Assembly (NCBI GenBank): GCA_964247055.1
Contig: OZ176056.1
Location: 2,604,001 to 2,668,000, forward strand
Direction: 5' to 3'
Length of the DNA: 64,000 nt
Origin: Paragordius varius
Lineage: Eukaryota; Animalia; Nematomorpha
Below the pieces are notes generated by a model that saw only the letters and a program-made list of their open reading frames with translations, was not told the origin of the DNA and searched no databases. Shown here piece by piece: positions 1 to 11,400 of the stretch (the first letter of the stretch is position 1; every line of letters begins with the position of its first letter). Both the position numbers and the translations under genes were made by a program.

Positions 1-373
1 TTCTTTATTTAGCCAATACTCTTACCATTGGTTTTAATTAAATAAATATTAGGAATTCCTATTTCTTCCAAAAGAGGCGGGAAGATAAATCTAAGGGGGG
101 CGCGAAAAATTTGAAGAATTTTATCGAAAAATGAAACTAAAAAAGGAATGATTTTAGGTGCGAATTATCAAGATTTGTCACCGATATAGGGAAAATTTTT
201 CAAAAAAATGCAGATATATAACGCAAATCGTTATTTATTTAGATTCTCCGTTTTTTCAAGTTTTAAGACTCACAGGATAGAGCTATAAAATGGTGGACTT
301 AATTTAAATCAAGAAAACTTGATAATATACGGTAAAATTTAATTTTTACTTTAACTATCTATAATTTAGTATG

Positions 374-412
<39 letters not shown>

Positions 413-2099
413 TAATGGGTGGGGTGATAAAAAGTCGCACTTAAGTTGTAAGCAAAGCGTGGCAAGTTGAGCAAGATTACTTAAGCCAGCAAGTGTTCAC
501 TTGAAGATTGGTGATAAAAAAACACTTAAGTCAAGTCTTTTGTTTATGAATGTAACATTTTTTGCCAAGGCCCTTGTTAAAAAACTTAACGTTAAACACA
601 AAACTACGAATGTTAATTCTGCAACAAAATCCAAAATAGCCGAAAAACAAACTTTAAAATTGCCGTCAAATTTATAACAGATTTATATCTAAATTAATTT
701 ATAATATAATTTAGATTTCCGCGCTTTATTATTGCATAGTCTATTTAAAGATTATTTAAATAATGTTTATACTTCACATTCGTAGAAGTTTGTATTGGGC
801 AGGATTAAAATTATCATCCCCGTTCAAAAATCATAATATTAGTTCATTAACTTGTTAACTGCTACATGTTGGATTTTTTATGAAGTAGCCAGTCCTATTT
901 TATTACCCATAGGTACCCTACGAGTTCATCATAGCGAATATTAATTAAATTATCAAATAAAATATTAAAGGTTCAAATAGTGATTGTCAAACATTTCATT
1001 TTAAATCCTAATAGAAGTTTAACTTCTAAATTATTTTTTCAAGGCAATCGTTTGGGTATTTTTACATCCTATTTTATACCTTTTACACTTCAAATTCACC
1101 CTTGAACAATTTGAATATATCATCGAGCAATTCAAATTCACATTAAAATAAATTATGTGTTTAGTAAGAAAATTGCTTATATTTTTTTATAATTTAAAAA
1201 ATGAAATTTTGGGTAAAATTAACATAATACTGAAAAAAATAAACTATGCTTTAAAGTAGTAATTCATATTTAATGGTAAGTTGTTATATTAGCCCGAAAA
1301 TAAAAAATTTATTTTTAGGGTGAAAATAAATTGTTTAAGGGTGAATTTGAGGTGTAAATGGTATTGAAAGTTAAATGGGTATATTGATTCGCAAACTTAC
1401 AGTAAAAATTGAAATTATACGGACAAAGGTAAAAAATAAAGACAAATATTTTTAAAAGACCACCATACTTTTTAAACCTTAATTTTTCTTATATGAATTA
1501 TATAACTAACTACAATTGTAAAATATATAAGTGATTGTTTTACCGATATACATATCAATTTTAACTTTGCGGTTTAAAACCATGAGTTATATTTAAAAAA
1601 ATCAAGATTCAAAAGGTATGGTTGTTCTTTAGAAAAAATATCTGTGTTTATCTTTTTACGTTTTGTCAGTATGATTTCAGTTTTTACTGTAAGTTTAATA
1701 TAAATTTTATACCTCAAAATCACCCTTAAGCACTTTAACTTTACTTTTAATTTCAAACTTACCGAACATTTTAATTTGTCTCTTGGCTACAAATTTACCT
1801 TTAAACATTTGAAAATCACCATAAAATTGTGTTTTTAGCTAACTAATTATTTATATAAAATATTTTCTTAGGCATATTTTGTTTTCTATATTATGGTATT
1901 TTAAACCGAATTTCAGTAAAAATCTCAAAAAAGATAATTTTGATTTTTATCACCTAATTTATATTTATGGAATAAATCTGTTTTAGGATCAAATGATATG
2001 TTTAAGGGTATATTTGAGATGTTTAAGATTGAAATGATATGTTTAAGAGTGAATTTGAGATGTTTAAGAATGAATCTGAGCTTTAAATGGTGTATATGT

Positions 2100-2720
2100 G
2101 TATCCTTTTGCTGGCTTTCTCAAAAAATCGCTTGCAAACTTAATTCATAAGGTTTATATGAGAGGCACTCTATGAAAGTGTTTTAGTCAGCCAAATCAAA
2201 TATTTTTCCGTTCTCGAGGGCCGTACACCTTTTACCGAAAGTTTCGCAATTTTTTAATACCCCAATATCACCCCAAAATTAATGAATAATCTAGATACAT
2301 AACAAAGCAATTTTAGTGCCGCATGCTGCCAATGCTCGCTTTAAATCCATGGATCTTTTAATTCGAGAAGAATGGGTTCTAACGCAAATTTTTGATTCTT
2401 ATTATGATCTGTGCTATATATTGTATGAAAATTCTCATGCTATTGCTTAATTAGGCCAAACTAAAAATTCATAATTACTTGCCCTCTTATACCTTGCCAT
2501 ATATGAAACATTGAATTTATTTGAATTAAGAATGAGGAGATAAATAGTTAATCAATATAAAAAATATATTACATCTCGTTTTAGTAGTTCTGCAAATTTT
2601 TCCACAAACTTTCTTGAAATTGTAAGAGCCCCTTTGTTTAGTGTCATCACGTGTAAATAGTTTATTGGTTTTGTTGAAACTCGTTTATGTCCATCCCATT
2701 CCCATATGGTTTTAGGACAA
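2100..2720 (-). pseudogene. Possible decayed core-2/I-branching glycosyltransferase (GT14)-like sequence
   Basis: Fragments KGALTISRKFVEKF, HENFHTIYS, ACG..LLCI...FWGDIGVL and GKIFDLAD.NTFIECL occur in an order reminiscent of GT14 motifs (GSAYFxLSRxFVEY, PDEHFWATL, CIFGxGDLxWL, ANKFDxDVD..AIQCL), but with several stops. Weak recall-based similarity only. Confidence 0.22.
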
Positions 2721-3723
2721 ATTAGAGTTTAATATATAAAAATTATTCGCTGATATTTACGAAATCGTTTGGATCAATCATTCAACTTCTTTTTAAACCT
2801 GCAAATCAGAGTTTTTGCAATTTTTGAATAGCAATACCCACGGAAAGTAGTCTTTTTTTACAACAAACAACTCAATTTCCATTATCTTAATTCAAAGTGG
2901 CTAAAGGTCAATAAAGTATAAAAACATCTCAGTTAGGGGGAGGTGAGAAAAACATATATTATAATAAGTTTTGATAAAAATTATAAAACGTTAATCGAGA
3001 TAATTCAAAAATACTTTAAAATACAATTTTCAGATACCGGTTTTTAGCCTTAAATAATGATATGTCGGTTACATAATTTGTTTTCAACAGATTAGGAGCC
3101 ATTATATTTATTTCCAAATCTCTTAGCAGCCAGCTGGATAAATAAATGGCAAAACGATCGATTATGTAGATTTTGTTAATATGATTATTATATATCTGAT
3201 TTCAATTGCTACATACATTTCAGATTTAATCAACAATTTTTAGGTATTTTAATAAAAAAACAATGTTTTGCATATTTTAATAAAAATATTATTTTATCTA
3301 TTAATAAATTTGTATAGCGGTTCATACTTATTATTTTTAATCATATATTGATATCAAATCTAACTTAAAAATATCAATTATTTATTGAATTTGCAAATTT
3401 AGGATCATGAATTATGATTTTATATGTAACAAGGCATCAGAACAAATATAATTTTTTATAACTTATAAACGCTATAAAATAGGTTACATTTTCATCAACC
3501 TCAATCATCTGATTAAATATTATTTATCAAATATTTATTTAAATAAAAAACAATAATCTGTTTGTATATTAGAAATATGAGAATTTAAAATAAAATAATC
3601 TAAAAAAATATTGTTGATATTATAGTACTCTGTAATAGCTGGGAAATTTTTTAGCTAAATATAGTTCTCATTTGTCCACCCCTTTTAAAATGTTATATAT
3701 ATATATATATATATATATATAAC

Positions 3724-4436
3724 TAGGGTTGTGCTGACCAAGTCATGACCCGGTCAATTGGTCATGACCAGGTCAGTGACTATTTATTTTTTGACCATGG
3801 TCATTTTAAAAACACCAGTTTTTTAAAAAATTGCTGATAAATTTTTTTGGAAGAGAGATAGTAAGACTTTATTGCTTTTTAATATACTTTTAAAAAAATA
3901 TAAATTAAATATTTAAATATGCTTATTTAACAATATAAAATTGAACATACATCCTTATAACATTATCATTTAGCATATCCAGTTATTTTAAAAAAACAAT
4001 CAAGCATTTTGCAAAATATGCGATTATTCTATATAAATTAACCAATAAAATGTAAAAACATTTTATAATTGTATATTTTAATGATGAAAGAAAGTGTAAA
4101 ACAAACTAAGTAAAATTTTATTTAAAATATCCAGTATTAAAAGCAATGAATTTGACGATTCAGAAGGCCACAAGAATGTGGAAAAATTTATTTTAAAACA
4201 AAACTCTTGATTAAATTTGATTGAAAATATTGTAAATATACAAAAATGTATAATATAAACTTTCAAGAAAAAACATGACATTATTTGTGAAACGCAAGTG
4301 TCGTTTGAACATTATTTTTACAATCCAATATCGCATGGTATTTACTTAGGTAAAGTTGTCATGAGCACGGTCATGACCATGGTCTGACCGGGTCTGACCG
4401 GACTTTTTTGAAAAAGCAGTCAAATTCACAACCCTA
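3724..4436. mobile_element. Non-autonomous hAT-like TIR element
   Basis: Terminal inverted repeats TAGGGTTGTG...CACAACCCTA with multiple subterminal GTCATGACC/GGTCAG motifs at both ends. The 8-bp TSD is only partly matching. Confidence 0.6.
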
Positions 4437-6039
4437 TATATCTCTATATTCGCAATCATTGAAAACTTTTCGTGAATTTTTAGGCCCTTGTGTCTGTATT
4501 TTATAATTATTTTCATGCGTTGACCATTTACAGTTTTTTGATTTCCATTTTTACTGGTAAATGAGTAAAGTGGGGATTTTAAAATCGCTGCTTTACGCTC
4601 TACGAAAAAATAAAAATGAATTTCCATTTTTCCACATCTTTCCAAATGCTGAGATATTGAAATATATTTGTGCGGCTGCTTTCCTGATATTATATAAAAG
4701 TTAGTGAAAAACAATGTGGGAAATGGCTTTGGGAATCATTTGTTTTATAAATCATCAACTATTTCACCATATTAATAAATTTAAATATATTTATCTTAAA
4801 ATAAGTATATATATGTATGCAAAAAGCTGATTTATTAGGAATTAATATATAATTTTAAGAAATTTGTATATTGAATTATCTCAATCCCTGCTTCAAGGCT
4901 CTAAAATAGTTTAAAGATAAATTTTCGTGAAAATTAATTTACAACAATCATGTTACCTGTGAAATCTGGCATGTAGCCTACATTAAATATGAATTATATA
5001 TTTCTTAGTTTATAATATCAGTCATTATTTATTTAGGTAAATTTTTTCATAATTTTCCGAAATCCCAAAAATTTAACTTTTAAATATTTACGTTGTTTAT
5101 TGAACATCACCAGTTATTGTAGACAACGTAAAAGGTTTGGCGATTTTCTTTTATTTAATTTTAAAAATTCATAAGATTTAAAGTAAAATTGAATTAAAAA
5201 TTTTCATCTTGTTAAATTTTGTAAACTTAAAATGCTGCAATTTAAAAAGATCGAGTTATTTAAAAAATTTTTAACGGTTGTATATTATTACGATAAATAT
5301 TTTGACCGCGTTACATTTTTAAATTTATAGGACAGCTGTTTAACTTATTTGTATTTTGCATTTATTTCTCATATATGGCATTCCCACACATTTTTTAAAT
5401 TTAAAAGTATTTTGGTATATTAGATTTAACATAAGTATTAAAAATTTGAAGTTTTCGGAGTGAATGTTGGGCGTCAATTAACGTAATCGTAAAATTAAAT
5501 TACCGTCGATGAATTTTTTAAATTAAAAATTAATACTTTGTTTTATTTGTAATATATTTTATTGGAATTATAGTAGAAAAAAATGTAGATTAAAACCATT
5601 CAAGAGCATAATAAACCATTATCATTATTTTTTATAGTAATTAATTTAATTTTATCAAAATATTGACATTCGGTTCAAAATTGCAGGTCTTTTTATGTAA
5701 TTTGCCAGCGATCTATTAGGTTTTATTTATATTTGCACTTTGTAATATATAGAATGATAAACTACCCATTTTATCAATTTTATTTATCGGTCATTTTCAA
5801 ATTTTCTTTATAATAAATATATAATATATTACTTTCAAGGTCGGCATTATTAACTAATCGAGTATAATATAAATTAGATATTTGAATTTGATTAAAATCG
5901 TTTGATTAAATTTGAGATTATTGACGACCCCACAAAAACTGAAATTTTTAATCTACTGATTAGGCTTCCAAATTTTATTCACTATTTATATAATACACAA
6001 CTGATGTGATATTCAAGAGAGTTATAATGAGTAAAATAA

Positions 6040-7527
6040 TCTATATATTTAATGGAAAGTGGTGGCTTTGTGATCTGTTTCCGAAAAACGGACCCCTTCA
6101 AATATCGAAAAAATATAATCATTAATGAATGCCCTTACAATAGCTTCGCCCTTTTTTGAATTAGGTCCCCAGTTCAGCCCCACCCCGTGTAAAAAACGGT
6201 TTTTTTAACACAAGTTCACAAAAATCGTGTTTTTGCGACAATTTTCCCAAAAACGTGTTGGACCATTTGATTTCAAATATGATTTTTTTACTTATTTCGA
6301 TTGCGCCGAACATAGTCTGCTCGCTTTTTTAATATAGTCCCTCTTTTTACCCGCTTACCCCCGTAAAAAGTTATTTTTCTCAAAAAAAACAAAGTCCACA
6401 AAAATTTCGCCCAAAGTATGAGGCCGTAAAAATTTATTAAGGATTCCAAGTATTTCCCGTTAAAAGGCAAAAACTTTAGTCGTGCGTTTCTTTTATAATG
6501 GCTGACGGGTGAGGAGCTACCCGCTAAAAACTGACGCGTCATATCGAAATAGCGTGCCTTTGGGGCTAAATTTCAGAAAACCTATCAGGCCATAAGAATT
6601 CAATAGTTGCTTAAAGTATTACCCGTAACAAGGCAAAAATTTAGATCGTGCGGTTTTCAAAATTAGCCGTTAATTAGGCCCTTCACGCCCTGAATGCGCC
6701 ACCATAGAATGATTTTTTAATATTGAGGCATATTTTCCAAAAACTAATGAGATTTTTAATGAATCATGATTCCAGGTATTCTCCGTAAAAAGGCAAACAT
6801 TTGAATCAAGCGCTTATTTATACCAGCCTCTGGGTAAGAAACTACCTGCCAAAAACTGCGCCACTATATAGAAATTGAGTTGTTTTGGAACTAATTTAAA
6901 GACAACTTATGCCATATGAACTCATTTAAAGTTCGAAATATTGCCCGTAACTAGGTAAAAATTAAGGTGATGCCTTTTTTATTAGCTGTTAATTGGCCCT
7001 TATGCCCTAAAAATACGCCATCAGATTATTTAGTTTTGAGGTATTTTTTCGAATAACCCATGAGACGATGGTCTCAGAAATGATTCCAAATATTTTCTAT
7101 ATAAAGGCAAAAATTTAACTTAACGCTTTTTCCATTTGGCCTATGGGTAGGGCTCTACCGGTTTAAAACTGAGACGCCATACAAAAATGGCGTGGCTTTG
7201 GAACTAATTTTTAAAAAAACTTAAGAAGCCATACGAGTTCAATAAAGGCTTTAAATATTACCCAAAGGTAAAAATTATAGCATAGTGGTTTTTTCGTTAG
7301 CCGTTAATTTGGGGCCTTTACACCAGTAAACAATATATTAGTATGAATGCAACGTTTAGATAATCCTATTAGATCATAGCTATCAAATAAAGTTTCGAAA
7401 TAATCTACATATATAATCATTTTCTTGATCCTTTTTTTCAAATAGCCCGCCGCCCCCCCCCCCCCCCCCCCCCCCAGAAGTCCTAAGGACTTCCTCGGGC
7501 TGCGTAGCAGCACGAAATTTACGCTAG
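6040..7527 (+). mobile_element. Non-autonomous Helitron, copy 1
   Basis: A|TCTATATATT 5' end (A6039) and CTAG|T 3' end (7524-7527, T7528). Subterminal hairpins GAAGTCC-TAA-GGACTTC and GCTGC-GTA-GCAGC. Six ~160-bp internal subrepeats. Homologous over its length to 19345-21276 in reverse orientation. Confidence 0.85.
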
Positions 7528-8493
7528 TATTCATTATGTTTATAATTTATGCCTACTTCGCCATAACATTATTAATTTCATATATACAATATTGTTTTTC
7601 GTAATACACCGACTGTGCCACATAGTTAAGAGCGGAATAGATATATACAATTGCCAACCCCGATATATTAGGACTTCCCTAGGATAAAAATATATATTTT
7701 CGACAATGTTTACATAAATTTATTAAATAAATACATGGTTTTTTATGTATTTCGAAAAGTTCAATTCTGTACAATTAGTTTGGGAAAAAAATGTATTTGA
7801 TTCGCTATACCGGTTGATTAAATTTAACCGATGTTTTCGAAATAGTGCCTTTATTGGTAAATTTTTTTTATTTTACAAAATTTTCGGGTTATAAACCTAA
7901 TCTGTTCGCGGTTCGTTGCGTCACACCGTGATTTAAAATTAAAAGTTGATCGACAGTGAAAAATACTGTGTTTCTTAATTTGCAATATTTTATTTCTAAA
8001 GTCTGATGCCATCAATAATCTCATATTGATAATAATATTATTAAATTATATAATACAATTGTTTGCTCCAATTTCGTCTGTATTTGATAAATAAAAAATG
8101 AGATTTTTTTGGAAAAAATGAATTGAACAATAAAAATTGGGTATACTCAAGGCTTCTTGCATATCCGAAAAAACTACGAAACAGTATTTAGAGATGATAT
8201 TTTATTAAAGCTAATAGTTATATTATGAATGTATTTGAAATATCACTTTTAAATATTTAAAACCTGGATTCGTTGGAATATCTACAATAACAATATATGC
8301 ATTGAAATTTGAACTAACAGTTATAAAATATGTTATAATAGGAAATTTTTTACTTGAAACTACATTATCGACTTCTACAACATAAAAAATTAGTTAGAAT
8401 ATGTGAAAAGCGTTAACATAGTTTTAATATGAAATAATATTTTTTTGGCATTATCTCCAAACTAATTTCCAAAAAATTGAAAAATATTCATAC

Positions 8494-11400
8494 GATTTAC
8501 GATTTCTCCGAGTTCTAGATTTGAAGAAAAAATTAAATATTTTTTTTATAAGGAAAAAAATAAAAATATATGATATTTACGGTTGGAAAACGTTCCGATT
8601 TCTAGATTTGATAAATAAATTATTATATACAAGTAGGCTAATACACCTAGATATAATTTTCATTTAATTCTCAATTATTCCTAAAAAAATTAATTTCAAA
8701 GATTGCTAAAAAGATACCTGCTATAACTTCTCTCAGTCTTCCAAAAATATCTTGATTTAAAAATTAAAATTTAACAAATAATAGAAAATATAAAAATTAA
8801 CAAAAAAAAAATTAATATTACTTGCTTCTCTCAAACCTAAAAATTTATATTTGAAATAAATTTAAAAATATAAAAGATAAAATTCATATTAAAAAATAAA
8901 ATATTATACCATATAACATTCCACGAAATCCAAATGTTCTGACCACTATATAGTTTATGATAATTAAAATTTTGATCAAATACATATATATTAGCGTTAA
9001 CATACAGAATCCGAATGTATATTTAACGCTATATAAGCGAAAAAATCAAAAAATCATCAAAACAGCTGATTTTATATTTGAAAAATATTCTTTTAGCTTA
9101 ATGTTGATCCCAAAAGTGACAAAATTTATCCGGTATAAATAATTTTAGCAAAGATATAAATATCTACATATGACTGAATGCGTGTAACGTTATAACGATA
9201 TTATATTATGTGTTTATTCTATGTTATATGAATGCGCGATTAACCCTAAAAATTGCCAAGATTTATATCATCTATATTAGGATATTTATTGCATATATTT
9301 TGTTATTATTGAATTTTAATATTTTAATTAAATTTTATTTTCTAAATAGGATTATTAAACCTATAAAGATTTTTATTTAAATATTAGGAAGTTTTTGCGG
9401 TGGTTTACAAATTTATTAACCTACACGAGTTTTAAAGTGTTAATTTAGACACTTAAAGAGCGTTAAATACTCATAATATCTTTCATAATAGAGGCTATAA
9501 TCGAATACTTTAATTTCTTATCAAATAATCTTAAAATAAAATAAACATTTAGAGATGTCCTTTATGAAAAAGGGAAAGATATTTGGGAAATTTTTTGATT
9601 AATCGATGCCGTACTATTATATGTCGCAGTCGCTTTAAAAATAAAGTCAGATGTTTGTTAAATACGATTAAAAAATATAATAAATAAAAAAACCTTTTAA
9701 AAAAACAGTCTGTAGAAAAAAATAACATATGCATTTTAAATTTAAAACATAAAATTTTAGTTTTCCGGTATCTGGTTTTAGTTTATATTTTTGAAAGTTT
9801 TAAAATAATTCAGTTTTTTTAAATCATCTACCACCTATGGCATAAATGGTTTTTTTGGATTTCAACCAAATATAAAATTATGGTTAATGTTTTTTGTTGC
9901 TCAACTGTTGTTACGCGCGCGCGTTCGACCACTTCACAAACGAAAAATTCTAAATTCATTACTTATAACAACTATTATAATTATCATTGTTATCTATTTA
10001 TTTTCCAAGTTTATTCTATCTTTTATCAGTTTTTCTCATTCATTCAAAAAATGCACGAAATTACCTTAGTAAAATACTCCAATTCGAAATTCTTAGGATT
10101 CGTATCTTATTTTATTTCATTTTTATTAATTGATATATATTTATATATTTTTTTTCTTTAATTAATATTATTATTATTATATTTTTGGTTAAAATTTTTG
10201 ATTCTTTTTTAGATTATTATTATTATATTTTTGGTTAAAATTTTTGATTCTTTTTTAGTTGCTTTACATATTAGTTACTATATATCTTAGTGTTTATTTT
10301 CATCTATATTATTCTTCTTTATTGTATTTTTGTTTTTTATGAGTGTTTTATGTAAGGCGTGCAGGCCAGACCCGGCCAGTCGCTGCACGGAGGTAGGGGC
10401 CAATAGGGATAAGGAAGGTTGTAGGATGTGTTTTGCCAGTATAAATGCTGGTTCGTTAAAAAGTAAGTTATATGATTTAGTTGAAACTATAAGGGTAAAA
10501 AAAGTAAATTTTTTGTGCATTCAGGAGACCAGATACCGTGGAAATGGTACTAAGACGTTAGAAGGTAATTATAAAATGTTTTATTCAGGTTCTACGGATG
10601 GTTACTGTGGGGTTGCCATAGTAGTGTGCCCAAGATTTGCCAATCAAGTAATTGAGGTTAGACGTGCTGACAGTAGAATCATAAGTGTCGACCTATTGTT
10701 AAATAAGAGGGTTTTTACTATATTTAGCGTTTATGCACCCCAGATAGGTTTAACCAAACCGGAGAAAGATAAATTTTATGATTTGTTAGTCGCAGAAATG
10801 ACTTCATTAACGAAAGACAGAGAAATTATATTTTGTGGTGATTTCAGCGGGCACGTGGGACAAAACAGAGTTTGAGCCTTGGCACGGCGGAAAAGGTTAC
10901 GGGGTTATAAATGAAGAAGGGGCTAGTTTATTAAGATTTGCCCAATCTTATAACTTTGCTATAACAAATACCTTTTTTACGAAAAGGGATAGCCACTTAA
11001 TTACCTACGAAAGTGGAAATAAGAAGTCACAAATTGATTATATTCTAGTGCCACGAAAGTCTTTAAAGTTTGTTTTGGACTGCAAAGTGATACCTAACTT
11101 GCAGATTAGTACACAACACAATTTAATTATGTGTAAATATATGACAGATATACCAATAAATGCCAAAAAGCCTAAGCTTATAGCGCCGAAGGTAATTAAA
11201 TGGGATTCTCTAAGAAACAGTAAAGAAAGATTCGTAGAAACAGTAGGCATACTAGACAGGAACAGTGATCCAGAAAGTGTTTGGTCTCAGGTGGCAAAAA
11301 AATAAGAGAGGCGGGAGTTAAGGTGTGCGGAACGAAAGGTGGCAGAAACCAGGTTTATAGAGAAGCATGGCTGAAAGACGAAAAAATAATTCTGAAATCG

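Noticed and set aside
6450-7300. Regularly spaced ~160-bp repeats as a CRISPR-like array
   Set aside because: Whole units are homologous and degenerate with no unique spacers, the context is eukaryotic, and no cas genes are present.
6288-7534. Short ORFs 6288-6542 and 7304-7534, and the GAAGTCC-TTC-GGACTTC hairpin as an ncRNA or terminator
   Set aside because: They lie inside the non-autonomous Helitron; the hairpin is its subterminal structure, and the poly-Gly comes from a poly-C run.
9006-9028. 23-nt island with good splice sites inside MEG-1
   Set aside because: Not a multiple of 3; inclusion would shift the next exons into a frame that stops at 8836-8831.
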